Assembly (NCBI GenBank): GCA_031549885.1
Contig: JAVBPD010000033.1
Location: 22 to 64,021, forward strand
Reading direction: 5' to 3'
Length of the DNA: 64,000 bases
DNA from: Clostridiaceae bacterium
Lineage (GTDB): Bacteria; Bacillota; Clostridia; Clostridiales; Clostridiaceae
The position numbers and the translations under genes are program-made. Each line of letters begins with the position of its first letter. The first letter of the stretch is position 1. The notes below the pieces were generated by a model, which had not been told where the DNA came from, did not search any database, and worked only from the letters and a program-made list of their open reading frames with translations. Below, in pieces: positions 37,590 to 46,962 of the stretch.

Positions 37590-38762
37590 TTATTGTAATT
37601 CATTTAAAAAACTTACTCCATTTAATTCATTTTTCACATTTAAATAATCTAAAATTGTCTTCCCTATATGGCAAAATGAATCTCTAGTACCTAAATTAAC
37701 TTCACCTTTCATGGATTTTGTATATACCAATAAAGGAACATATTCCCTTGAATGGTCAGTGCTTTTAGTTGTAGGATCACAACCATGGTCTGCTGTAATT
37801 ATTAGCAGATCATCATCTTCCATTTTGTTCATAATTTCTAACATTCTTTTATCTGCTTCTATTAAAGCATTGGCATAGCCTAAAAAATCATTTCTATGAC
37901 CGTAGAGCATATCAAAATCAACTAAATTAGTAAATATTAATCCATCCTCTTTAAGTTTATCCATACAATTTAATGTTTCATCTATGCCATCCATATTGTC
38001 TTTAGTATGAACTGCATAGTCAATTCCCTTTTTGTTAAATATATCTTCAATTTTCCCTACAGCAAAGACCTTTTTAGAATCTTCATTTATATACTCTAGC
38101 ATGGTCTTTGTAGGTGGATCTATTGCATAATCCCTTCTATTTGAAGTTCTTTTATAATTTCCACTTGTTCCTATAAAAGGCCTTGCTATGACTCTTCCTA
38201 CACATCTATTTCCTACAAGCATTTCTCTAGCTATTTCACACATTTTATAAATTTCATCTAAAGGTATAACATCTTCGTGGGCAGCTATTTGAAATACGCT
38301 ATCAGCAGATGTATATACAATAGGAAAGCCAGTTTTAACATGTTCATCTCCAAGATCTTTAATAATTTCTGTTCCTGAAGCCACAATATTTCCAAGCACA
38401 GCTTTTTTATTTATTTTTTCGCAGAATTCTTTAATTATATCTTCACCAAAACCATTTGGATATACATTTAACGGCTCATTAAGTATTACACCTGCTATTT
38501 CCCAATGACCAGTTATAGTGTCCTTTCCTTTAGATTTTTCAGCGCATCTTCCATATGCTCCCTTTATATTTTGAGAAACCTTTAAACAGTTTACACCATG
38601 AACTTTTGAAAGTCCCATTTTCTCTAGATTAGGAAGAGAAATTTCAGGAACTTTTTTTGCAATATTGCATAAGGTATTGCTTCCTTCGTCTTGATAATCT
38701 TTAGCATCAGGAAGCTCCCCAACGCCAAAGCTATCAAAGATCATTAATATAGCTCTTTTCAT
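37590..38762 (-). CDS. deoB: Phosphopentomutase
   Basis: MKRAILMIFDSFGVGELPDA, TGHWE, ITADHGCDPT. Confidence 0.9.
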   Translation of the reverse strand: MKRAILMIFDSFGVGELPDAKDYQDEGSNTLCNIAKKVPEISLPNLEKMGLSKVHGVNCLKVSQNIKGAYGRCAEKSKGKDTITGHWEIAGVILNEPLNVYPNGFGEDIIKEFCEKINKKAVLGNIVASGTEIIKDLGDEHVKTGFPIVYTSADSVFQIAAHEDVIPLDEIYKMCEIAREMLVGNRCVGRVIARPFIGTSGNYKRTSNRRDYAIDPPTKTMLEYINEDSKKVFAVGKIEDIFNKKGIDYAVHTKDNMDGIDETLNCMDKLKEDGLIFTNLVDFDMLYGHRNDFLGYANALIEADKRMLEIMNKMEDDDLLIITADHGCDPTTKSTDHSREYVPLLVYTKSMKGEVNLGTRDSFCHIGKTILDYLNVKNELNGVSFLNELQ

Positions 38763-38781
38763 ACATTTGTTCACCTTTCTA

Positions 38782-39660
38782 TTATGCTCTTGGGTGCGTT
38801 TTCATATAGACATCTGCTATCCTACTCTTTTTAGATATAAGAGAATATATTTGAGTTGTATTCATATCTTTATGCCCTAAAAGCTCCTGTACTGTCTTTA
38901 TATCAGCACCATTTTGTATTAAGTGTACTGCAAAAGAATGTCTTAAGCAATAAGGATCTATTTTTTTATATATGCCAGTATTGTCTGCATATTCTTTAAC
39001 AAGCTTCCAGAAGCCTTGTCTTGTCATTGGAAATCCCTTTAAATTTAAAAATAGATAATTGTATTTGTGTATGTTTATTTCATCTCTAATTTTTAAATAC
39101 TCAAGCATAAACTTTACTGCATAAGATCCTATGGGTATTATTCTCTCTTGACTTTTACTTCCATTTGCTACGCAATAATTTAATTTTAAATTTATGTCAT
39201 CCATTCTAATATTTAAAAGCTCTGTAACCCTCATTCCAGATGCATAAATTAGTTCAAGCATAGCCTTGTCTCTTATGCCCTTTGTTGTAGTCATATCTGG
39301 TGCACTTAAAAGTTTATTTACCTCTTCTACTGTAAGTATTTCAGGGAGTTTTCTATTTACTTTAGGTATTTCATAATTCACTGTAGGATTATATAGTAAA
39401 TATTTGTTCTTTGTAAGAAATTTATAAAAATTTCTTATTGATATAATATTTCTTACTATTGAAGAATTGGCCATGTTTTTTTTGGATAACTCCTGAAAAT
39501 ATGCCCTGATTATTTCATCATCTACAACATCAATGGTTAAGCTTCTTTTATTTAAATATTTGTAAAACCTTTCTATATCCCTTCTGTATGCGTCAAAAGT
39601 ATTGTGACTTAACTTTTTCCTTTTTATATCTTCTAAAAACCTCTCTAAAAAAATATCCAT
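38782..39660 (-). CDS. xerD: Tyrosine recombinase XerD-type
   Basis: N-terminal SAM-like domain. C-terminal LRHSFAVHL...LGHKDMNTTQIY carries the catalytic R-H-R-Y signature. Sits in the conserved spoIIM-xerD-deoB context. Confidence 0.75.
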   Translation of the reverse strand: MDIFLERFLEDIKRKKLSHNTFDAYRRDIERFYKYLNKRSLTIDVVDDEIIRAYFQELSKKNMANSSIVRNIISIRNFYKFLTKNKYLLYNPTVNYEIPKVNRKLPEILTVEEVNKLLSAPDMTTTKGIRDKAMLELIYASGMRVTELLNIRMDDINLKLNYCVANGSKSQERIIPIGSYAVKFMLEYLKIRDEINIHKYNYLFLNLKGFPMTRQGFWKLVKEYADNTGIYKKIDPYCLRHSFAVHLIQNGADIKTVQELLGHKDMNTTQIYSLISKKSRIADVYMKTHPRA

Positions 39661-39689
39661 TATGCACCCCCTACAAATACAAAACAAAA

Positions 39690-40292
39690 TTAAAAAATAA
39701 TAGGTAATATATATCCCTCAAGAAGTGCTTCAATAAAACAAAAAATCATAACTGTTATATAACAACTGGCATTTTTTATAATTCTATTCTTTAAATTTTC
39801 TTTTGATAGCTTTTCACTTTTTCCTTTAGAAATATTTAAAGACGATTTAAGAGAAAACACAGCAGCAACTAATAAACATGAAAATATAAAAATATTTTGT
39901 AATATCAAAAGCACCATTATTTTATAAAAACCTGGTTCAACATTTAAGTTTGCAACAAAAGCTAATGTAAATCCAAACGAGAATCCCTTTAAAAATAAAA
40001 TAGTTATTATTATAGGCACTCCTATAAAAGTTAAACCAGATATCCATATAGCTAAAATCATTAGTAGATTACTTTTAAAAGCATCTGCAAAAACCAAACT
40101 GCCATTATTATTTAGTGTTCCATCCCAATTCATAAATTTTTTAACTTGTGTTATAGAATTTTCATCAAGTGGTGATAATTTAAAAAATTTATAACCAATA
40201 ATTACTGATATTACTACTATAGTTGCTGATATTAAATAATAAATATAATTACTCTTAATGTGCTTAACTATCTTTTCAAAAGTGTTCTTCAA
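39690..40292 (-). CDS. spoIIM: Stage II sporulation protein M
   Basis: About 200-aa polytopic protein with SpoIIM-like layout and the conserved position next to xerD. Confidence 0.7.
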   Translation of the reverse strand: MKNTFEKIVKHIKSNYIYYLISATIVVISVIIGYKFFKLSPLDENSITQVKKFMNWDGTLNNNGSLVFADAFKSNLLMILAIWISGLTFIGVPIIITILFLKGFSFGFTLAFVANLNVEPGFYKIMVLLILQNIFIFSCLLVAAVFSLKSSLNISKGKSEKLSKENLKNRIIKNASCYITVMIFCFIEALLEGYILPIIF

Positions 40293-40496
40293 TTTAACTC
40301 CCCCTTACACTCTTTACATATTTATGAATCTTAAACTGTTTATATTCTTATGGAAACAAAAGCTTACCAAAAATTAAATGAATCTATTAAAAATTTTATT
40401 AATTTACAATTAAGACTTTATATATAATTATTGTTATAGTATAATGGCACTCATAAAAGCTTTATTGCTTTTAAGAGTTTTTTTGGAGGTAATTAT

Positions 40497-40661
40497 ATGA
40501 AAAAATACGTTTGCCTTGTATGTGGATATGTATATGACCCAGAGCTAGGCGACCCTGACAATGATATAGAACCAGGTACTTCTTTCGAAAGCTTACCTGA
40601 TGATTGGGTTTGCCCTCTTTGTGCCGTTGGCAAAGAAGAGTTTGAGGAAGAAGAAGAATAA
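40497..40661 (+). CDS. rub: Rubredoxin (54 aa; below the ORF-track length cut-off)
   Basis: [54 protein letters not shown] carries both CxxCG and CPxCG iron-binding knuckles. GGAGGT ribosome-binding site 8 nt upstream. Confidence 0.9.
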   Translation: MKKYVCLVCGYVYDPELGDPDNDIEPGTSFESLPDDWVCPLCAVGKEEFEEEEE

Positions 40662-40688
40662 AAAGGGCATAGCCCTTTTTTATTTTTT
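40661..40688 (+). terminator. Rho-independent terminator after rubredoxin
   Basis: AAAAGGGC-ATA-GCCCTTTT stem-loop followed by TTATTTTTT. Confidence 0.75.
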
Positions 40689-40787
40689 AGAATATTATAC
40701 TTTTAATAGTTGTATTTTAACTACATATTTTTCTATTTTTTTAATCTTTATTTTTAAATAAATTATCTATTATTTATTTAAAACATA

Positions 40788-40816
40788 TTGTATAGCTTTT
40801 CATAAAGTGATACTAT
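40788..40816 (+). promoter_or_regulatory. Candidate sigma-70-type promoter for the DMT/MttB3 operon
   Basis: TTGTAT, 17-nt spacer, TACTAT. Lies about 70 nt upstream of the ATG at 40884. AT-rich background makes chance matches likely. Confidence 0.3.
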
Positions 40817-40883
40817 TTTAATAAAAATCCACACAACTAAAATCTAATTTCATTAATTTTTTTAAATATGAAGGAGGAGTAAA

Positions 40884-41891
40884 ATGAATAGCATTCAAAA
40901 TGCATTGCTGAACAAAAACATTGGTTATGCAAAAAAAGGTGTTATTATAGGCGCTATTGCTGGTATGCTATGGGGCCTTGGTGGTATCATAATTTCAGTT
41001 GCCTTTTCAAAAGATCCTTTTCTATCTTTTTCAAACCTTAGCCTATACATCGTTCCCCTTGTTGGTGCTTGCTTAACAGATAGCATTAGTGGTATTTCTA
41101 CTTTAATCATGAATATTGTAGGTGGTAAAGCTAAAGAGTATACTCGAGTAGTCAAAACCAAGCCAGGAAAATTCATTATAATAGCCTCAATCTTTGGAGG
41201 GCCAATGGCAATGAGTGGTTATTATATTGGACTGTATCTAGCTGGTCCATTTTACACAATGGCCATCACTGCTCTTTATCCTGCTGTTGGAGCCATACTT
41301 TCTAGAATATTTCTAAAAGAAAAAATCAGCAGAAATGCTTGGCTTGGTATATTCTTATGTATAATTGGTGCCATAATTGTTAGCTATGTAGTTCCCACAG
41401 GCACTTATCCTCATTTTTATCTAGGTATTACAGCTTGTTTTCTTGCCACAATTGGCTGGGGACTTGAGGGTGTTATATGTGCCTATGGTATGGATTTAGT
41501 TGATCCAAACATTGCTATTGGTATACGTTGGTTCACATCATTTATCGTTTATTTCATTGCAGTTCTTCCATTTGTAGCTGGCATTGGTCTTTCTGGTTAT
41601 GCATTATTTTTCACAGCCTTTTCATCATCTACCATTTTAATCCTAATTGCCGCTGCTGTTGTTAATGCCGTATCTTATTTCTGGTATTACAAATCTATTA
41701 ACATGAGCGGTGTTTCTAGGGCATTAGCACTTATGATCACATATGCGCTTTGGGGCATCATATTTGGTTGGATTATCACTGGTTCAGCTAATATCACATT
41801 TAATATCGTTATTGGTGCTATAATCATCGTCGCTGGTGCACTTCTTGTAGCTGGAAAGCCAAGTGATCTAATCAAAATTCGAGATAATTAA
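40884..41891 (+). CDS. DMT-superfamily (EamA-like) 10-TM transporter
   Basis: Two repeated 5-TM halves. GGAGG ribosome-binding site. Confidence 0.65.
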   Translation: MNSIQNALLNKNIGYAKKGVIIGAIAGMLWGLGGIIISVAFSKDPFLSFSNLSLYIVPLVGACLTDSISGISTLIMNIVGGKAKEYTRVVKTKPGKFIIIASIFGGPMAMSGYYIGLYLAGPFYTMAITALYPAVGAILSRIFLKEKISRNAWLGIFLCIIGAIIVSYVVPTGTYPHFYLGITACFLATIGWGLEGVICAYGMDLVDPNIAIGIRWFTSFIVYFIAVLPFVAGIGLSGYALFFTAFSSSTILILIAAAVVNAVSYFWYYKSINMSGVSRALALMITYALWGIIFGWIITGSANITFNIVIGAIIIVAGALLVAGKPSDLIKIRDN

Positions 41892-41904
41892 GGAGGAAAT
41901 ATTT

Positions 41905-42216
41905 TTGAAAACAAAATTGCCCTTACGTTTTTCAATTCTACAATTACTTATCAAAGAATCTGAAGGTCTTACCCCGGAACAATTATTTCATAAGCTTAAA
42001 GATTCATACCCCAATGAAAAACAGTGCCAGCCTAATACAATTGACGAACACCTAATGTCTATGAAAGGCGTTGGTCTTATAGATGTGAAAAGTGCCATCT
42101 TTGATGGTAATAATCAATTAATTAGCACCTATATCATCACAGATTATGGAATAGCTAGATTAACAAAATACGTGAAGCTCGCAACTATTAATATGCCACA
42201 AAATCAAAAATTTTAG
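41905..42216 (+). CDS. Small (103 aa) winged-helix-like protein (PadR/MarR-like fold suspected)
   Basis: TTG start preceded by AAGGAGG. The pattern LRFSILQLL..SEGLTPEQL.....HLMSMKGVGLI......YIITDYGIARL resembles wHTH proteins. The assignment is tentative. Confidence 0.4.
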   Translation: MKTKLPLRFSILQLLIKESEGLTPEQLFHKLKDSYPNEKQCQPNTIDEHLMSMKGVGLIDVKSAIFDGNNQLISTYIITDYGIARLTKYVKLATINMPQNQKF

Positions 42217-42227
42217 AGGAGGTTCTC

Positions 42228-43622
42228 ATGCTAAATAAAGATCAAATAGATAATATTTATGAATTAGCATTAAATACCTTAGAGAAAGTTGGTATTGTAT
42301 TTGACACAAAAAAGTCACTAGCTGCTTTTAAAAATCATGGTTTTGAGGTCATTGGAAACCGAGTTTATATGTCTTCTAATAAGGTAGAAGAATATCTTGA
42401 ATTAATGCCTAAATACACCTATCCACAAAGTGAAAAAAAGATTGTTCGAGCAACAACTCCATTTTTAAATTCACCAGCATTATATGATGATGAAACGAAA
42501 AAATTCCGAAGAACAACACTTAAAGATGTCATTAAAGCTCATATTCTTTCAGAAACTTCTGAGCTATACGAATTTGCCAATCCAAGCCTTATTGACCCTT
42601 TCGATCTTGATTGTGATGACAGCTATGCTTCTCAAATAGCTTTAACTCTTCGATATACCACTAAACCACTGAATATAGGCATACGTGCCACTATCAATTG
42701 TACCAAAGATGGCAAAGTATATGAAAGCGCTAAACGAACTTTAAAAATGATAAAAGATTTCTATGGACGCAAAGATGAAATCGTTTGTTATCAAGGTTTA
42801 TGTCCTATGTCTCCTCTTGCTTATGATGTGGAATGTTTGGAGAACCTTGATGCGCTCATGGAAGAGGCGCAAGGTATTGTTTTATTTCCATGTACAATGT
42901 CTTATGTGACGGGACCTGAGACATTGATGGGCGTTGTTGTGCATGATGTTGCTCTATGTCTAGCTGGCATTATTTACGTGCAAATGTTTTCACCAGGTAC
43001 AGAAGTATCAATGTGCAGCTTCTCCACTATGTCTGATATCAGGACACTTCAGCCTTCCTATGGCTCTACTGAATATATGCATTTACAGGTTATGTTTTTT
43101 GAAATTTGCAAACAACTTGGAATCAATTGCACTGTCTGTGGTATCACCTGTGATAATCTTGATGTAGATTTTCAAGCAGGTTCAGAATCTATGCTTACAG
43201 CTTCTTTGCCATTTTCACTAACTGAAATTAGTGATGTTTGGTGTTATCCAGGCAGTATGGCAGGTTTTGCTGGTGCAAGCTTTAAGAAACTTATTTTGGA
43301 TGAGGATATTATCCGTTGCCTTAATAAAGGGCTTAACCCAAAATATGAATTAGATTCAAATCTTTTAGAAAAACTTGAAACAACTAAAAAGAAAAGTGGT
43401 TTTCTAAAAATTGGCAAAATGAATTTATACCGCCATGATCATTATTTGTCGGATACCTTCACTAAAAAGAGCATAAATTCTGGAGCTGCTACAAATGAGG
43501 CTGATATCGATAATGCAGTAAAGAAAATAATTGACCATAGACTTTCTATATACAAAGAACCTGATTTAACACGTGAACAACTTAATATTTTGAGTCCATA
43601 TCTTCCAACAGAGTTTAGATAA
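42228..43622 (+). CDS. MttB-superfamily protein, non-pyrrolysine, paralog 3
   Basis: 464-aa uninterrupted ORF. N-terminal IDNIYELALNTLEKVGIVF parallels paralogs 1 and 2. GGAGG ribosome-binding site. Confidence 0.8.
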   Translation: MLNKDQIDNIYELALNTLEKVGIVFDTKKSLAAFKNHGFEVIGNRVYMSSNKVEEYLELMPKYTYPQSEKKIVRATTPFLNSPALYDDETKKFRRTTLKDVIKAHILSETSELYEFANPSLIDPFDLDCDDSYASQIALTLRYTTKPLNIGIRATINCTKDGKVYESAKRTLKMIKDFYGRKDEIVCYQGLCPMSPLAYDVECLENLDALMEEAQGIVLFPCTMSYVTGPETLMGVVVHDVALCLAGIIYVQMFSPGTEVSMCSFSTMSDIRTLQPSYGSTEYMHLQVMFFEICKQLGINCTVCGITCDNLDVDFQAGSESMLTASLPFSLTEISDVWCYPGSMAGFAGASFKKLILDEDIIRCLNKGLNPKYELDSNLLEKLETTKKKSGFLKIGKMNLYRHDHYLSDTFTKKSINSGAATNEADIDNAVKKIIDHRLSIYKEPDLTREQLNILSPYLPTEFR

Positions 43623-43638
43623 TATAATTCTTAATAGT

Positions 43639-43676
43639 AAAAGCTGATTCCCAAACTAAAAAGGAATCAGCTTTTT
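43639..43676. terminator. Bidirectional rho-independent terminator
   Basis: Perfect 13-bp stem AAAAGCTGATTCC/GGAATCAGCTTTT with an 11-nt loop. Confidence 0.75.
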
Positions 43677-43681
43677 AAAAC

Positions 43682-44620
43682 CTATTTTAATATAAAATCC
43701 GCTATATCACTTATAACATCAGGTGAAAAAGCTTCATACTCTGCATATTCTGCTGGAGTACTTTTCTCACCCTTAGTTTTTGTAAATATGTGATTGTACC
43801 CAGGATATGATTTAAATGTAACATTGCTTTTACCTTGCAGAGCTGTTTTCCATGCATTAAAATCATCCATTGTCACTTGATAATCAGTTTCTCCTTGCAA
43901 AATAAATAGTGGTAAAGTTATGCTTTTAGCTTGCTCTACCTGATTATACACATTTAAATCTGCCCAATATGATTTAGGTGCATAAAATACCATATGGCTG
44001 GTATTTTGTGAATCAGCCTCAGTTATAGCATTTATTTCATCATATGCTTGTTTTATTGCAGCCATTTGCGCATCCGAATCAGCTGCTGGTATTATGCCAA
44101 TATCACATAAATACTGTACTTGCCTCAAAACCTCATCTTGAATTTTTACAGCAGGTGCCGCAAGCATAATATAACCTGCTGGTACATTTGTAATCTTTTC
44201 AAATCTTGGAATAAGCATTGCACCTTCGCTATGACCTAAAATAAATATTTTTTTAGAATCTATATCGCTTTGATTACATAACAAATTAATTGCAGTTAAC
44301 ATGTCATCAGTATATTCATCTTTAGTGTTATTAATAGCAATACCTAAATTTGGATTTCTCCTTAATAAACATGGACGTTTATCATAACGAAGCACAGCAA
44401 TTCCACGCTCTGCAAGCCCCCATGCAATATCTTGAAATGGTTTATTAGGCCCAATGGATTCATCCATATCACATGGACCAGAGCCAGCACTAAGTATAAC
44501 AGCAGGCACAGGTTTAGATAAATCATATGGCAGAGTAAGTTTACCAGGTAGGCTTATGTTATCATTAACTTTAATAGAAACATCTTTTTCAGTTAAATTA
44601 GTTGGTAAATTATTTTCCAT
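43682..44620 (-). CDS. Alpha/beta-hydrolase-fold protein
   Basis: Nucleophile elbow GHSEGA. About 312 aa. Confidence 0.7.
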   Translation of the reverse strand: MENNLPTNLTEKDVSIKVNDNISLPGKLTLPYDLSKPVPAVILSAGSGPCDMDESIGPNKPFQDIAWGLAERGIAVLRYDKRPCLLRRNPNLGIAINNTKDEYTDDMLTAINLLCNQSDIDSKKIFILGHSEGAMLIPRFEKITNVPAGYIMLAAPAVKIQDEVLRQVQYLCDIGIIPAADSDAQMAAIKQAYDEINAITEADSQNTSHMVFYAPKSYWADLNVYNQVEQAKSITLPLFILQGETDYQVTMDDFNAWKTALQGKSNVTFKSYPGYNHIFTKTKGEKSTPAEYAEYEAFSPDVISDIADFILK

Positions 44621-44669
44621 GTTGGTCCTCCAATGCTTTCTAAGTAAATTTATAATTTATACTATTCTA

Positions 44670-46943
44670 TTATAATATTTTAAAATATGAATGATAAGGC
44701 ACATCAAAAGCAGTATAAAAAGGTATAAATTCATATTCACCTATTTTTAATATATTATCATCATCAGATATGACTTTAAAATCATATATATCCTCTTTGG
44801 AAATCTCTATAAAGTCATCCTTATCACTAGCTATTGCCATAACTAAAGGCCCATAAAAAATAGATCCTATATCCTGATTGTCTTTTGTTCTATCTATTTT
44901 AATTGAAAATGGAAGCTCTATTTTTATTTTATCAAAAGATTTAAATTCACCTTTAACAATTCCATATCCATTTTCTAAATTGTATTCAATAGCTTTTTCA
45001 TTTAACTTAATAATTGGTTTTTCAATAAGCCAGCTTGGTATTCTAAACCTAAATTCTATAAAACCATTTCCCTCTATTAAAATGTTAGAGGATTTAAACT
45101 TTAAAAAATCATCACAAATGGTGACTTTCATATTTTTATCATGTAAATTTAAAGTAGAAGGTATATACAAATTTATATAAACTATATCATCATCTTTAAA
45201 AAATATGGATTCTTGATACTTAACATGGCTTTCCATTCCCGTTCCATGGCAACAGCTGTTTTCTTTTAAATCAAACTCTCGCATTCCACCTGGAATAAGT
45301 GGCATAAAATATGTTGACCCTCCAGTTGGTCCGCTTTTGTCGTGAGATGCTACAATGTGATTATATAGCGTTTTTTCGTAATAATCCATATATTTAGCAT
45401 TCTTTGAATACTTAAAAAGCATTTTAGTTAATTTAAGCATGTTATAACTAACACAGGATTCAGCAGTTTTTTCTGTTAAGAATTTAGATATTTTATTCGG
45501 CTCTTTAAACATCTCACCTTCGCCAGCTCCTCCTATGTTATAAATGTGAGATTTAGTTACAAACTCCCAAAAATTATCTGCAATATCAAAATATATTTTT
45601 TCAAAAGTCTTATCATAAATTTCTAGAGCTCCTATAATCTGCGGAACATGTTGGTTTGCATGAATATTTGAAAGAGTATCTATGTTTTTAGACATTGGAA
45701 TGAATAATCTTTCATTGTCAAAAAATTTACTAGCTTTTAAATATTCTTCTTTTTTATTAAATTTATAAAGTCTAGCTAAAACTTCATTCATACCTCCAAA
45801 TTCACCTGCAATGTACATTGACCACATTTTATTTAGCTTGTCCTTATTCAGTTTTGATAATCGATTATATACAAATATACCTATTTTGCTGCAAATTATA
45901 AGAGCAAGCTCATTTTTACCAAATTCATAACAATCAAGAAGCCCAGCCATGATTTTATGAAGAGTATAATAAGGTGCCCATATTTTTGGATAAACTTCAT
46001 ATTGTTCTAATTTATCAAACTGATCTTCAGAGTAAGCGCTTAAGAACCCATAGCTATATTTTCCATCATTTTCCATAGCTTCCTGGCATAATGCAAGTTC
46101 TTGAATTAAATAATCTATTTTACCTTTAAACACTTCTTTATTTTCTATGCTTCCCTCATAAGCTAAAGAAATAGCAGATAAATAATGACCACTTGTATGA
46201 CCTCTAAGCAAACATTCAGGCGCATCCCAACCGCTCATAGGTAGGGCTCCTTTAGTATCTAAATTTGCTTGTTTTCTAAAGTTATACAATATTTTATCAT
46301 CATCAACACCAAGCAAATATTCCTCAACCCTATTTTTATTTTCATAAAATATGCTATGATTATTTAAAATAACATCTGACAATTCAAACTCTTCCAAAGG
46401 TTTTTTATATAATAATGATTTTTCTTTTTTATCTACTACTTCAACAATTGCTTCAGGAATTAAACCATCATAATCCTTTATTTTTTCTCCAAATACTCTA
46501 TACTTACCTATAGGAAGCTTAGAAAAATCAGGCTCATCTTCCCATGTGACTGAAATTGTGCTATAAAAACCTTCTTCCATTTTAACTATTGAAATTTTTG
46601 GAAGCCTATATTCACTTCCTAAAAGTATTTCATTTCTTAGCGGCAAAACTTCTTTTATAACATCCTTACTTTTTTGTTCTAAAACTGTTATTTCAAATTC
46701 CCGGCTCATCAAAGCCTCTCCAAAACTCACAGTTGCAACTAAAGTAACATCTCTATTTCCTGTACCACACCTTGGCCTTGTGACTTTACCCTTATTATCA
46801 ATAATGTGATCATAATTTGACTTCCAGGAAATTGTAGAGCCTAATTGCCCTTTACTTGGTAAATTCATATCTGAATCGATAGTAAATATATTCCCAATAT
46901 AAATGGATTCAGCATCGTAAAGCACTACTTCTTGATCGTTCAT
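44670..46943 (-). CDS. GH127-family (DUF1680, beta-L-arabinofuranosidase-like) glycoside hydrolase with N-terminal bacterial Ig-like domain
   Basis: LRGHTSGHYLSA and ENSCCHGTGMESH (the Cys pair typical of the GH127 zinc/catalytic site). N-terminal LPSKGQLGSTISWKSN...VTLVATV is an Ig-like repeat. ATG at 46943 with a TAAGGAG ribosome-binding site avoids overlap with araC. Confidence 0.7.
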   Translation of the reverse strand: MNDQEVVLYDAESIYIGNIFTIDSDMNLPSKGQLGSTISWKSNYDHIIDNKGKVTRPRCGTGNRDVTLVATVSFGEALMSREFEITVLEQKSKDVIKEVLPLRNEILLGSEYRLPKISIVKMEEGFYSTISVTWEDEPDFSKLPIGKYRVFGEKIKDYDGLIPEAIVEVVDKKEKSLLYKKPLEEFELSDVILNNHSIFYENKNRVEEYLLGVDDDKILYNFRKQANLDTKGALPMSGWDAPECLLRGHTSGHYLSAISLAYEGSIENKEVFKGKIDYLIQELALCQEAMENDGKYSYGFLSAYSEDQFDKLEQYEVYPKIWAPYYTLHKIMAGLLDCYEFGKNELALIICSKIGIFVYNRLSKLNKDKLNKMWSMYIAGEFGGMNEVLARLYKFNKKEEYLKASKFFDNERLFIPMSKNIDTLSNIHANQHVPQIIGALEIYDKTFEKIYFDIADNFWEFVTKSHIYNIGGAGEGEMFKEPNKISKFLTEKTAESCVSYNMLKLTKMLFKYSKNAKYMDYYEKTLYNHIVASHDKSGPTGGSTYFMPLIPGGMREFDLKENSCCHGTGMESHVKYQESIFFKDDDIVYINLYIPSTLNLHDKNMKVTICDDFLKFKSSNILIEGNGFIEFRFRIPSWLIEKPIIKLNEKAIEYNLENGYGIVKGEFKSFDKIKIELPFSIKIDRTKDNQDIGSIFYGPLVMAIASDKDDFIEISKEDIYDFKVISDDDNILKIGEYEFIPFYTAFDVPYHSYFKIL

Positions 46944-46962
46944 AATATCAGAGCTCCTTAAA

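Noticed and set aside
38782-39660. Tyrosine recombinase as a marker of a prophage or integrative element
   Set aside because: It sits in the conserved spoIIM-xerD-deoB-pdp arrangement, has the XerD-type size and motifs, and has no adjacent excisionase, attachment-site repeats or phage genes. It is housekeeping chromosome-dimer resolution.
40445-40460. Perfect -24-like TGGCAC upstream of rubredoxin, considered as a fourth sigma-54 promoter
   Set aside because: The nearest downstream GC dinucleotide gives GG-N11-GC rather than the invariant N10, and there is no TTGC at the -12 position. Probably coincidental.
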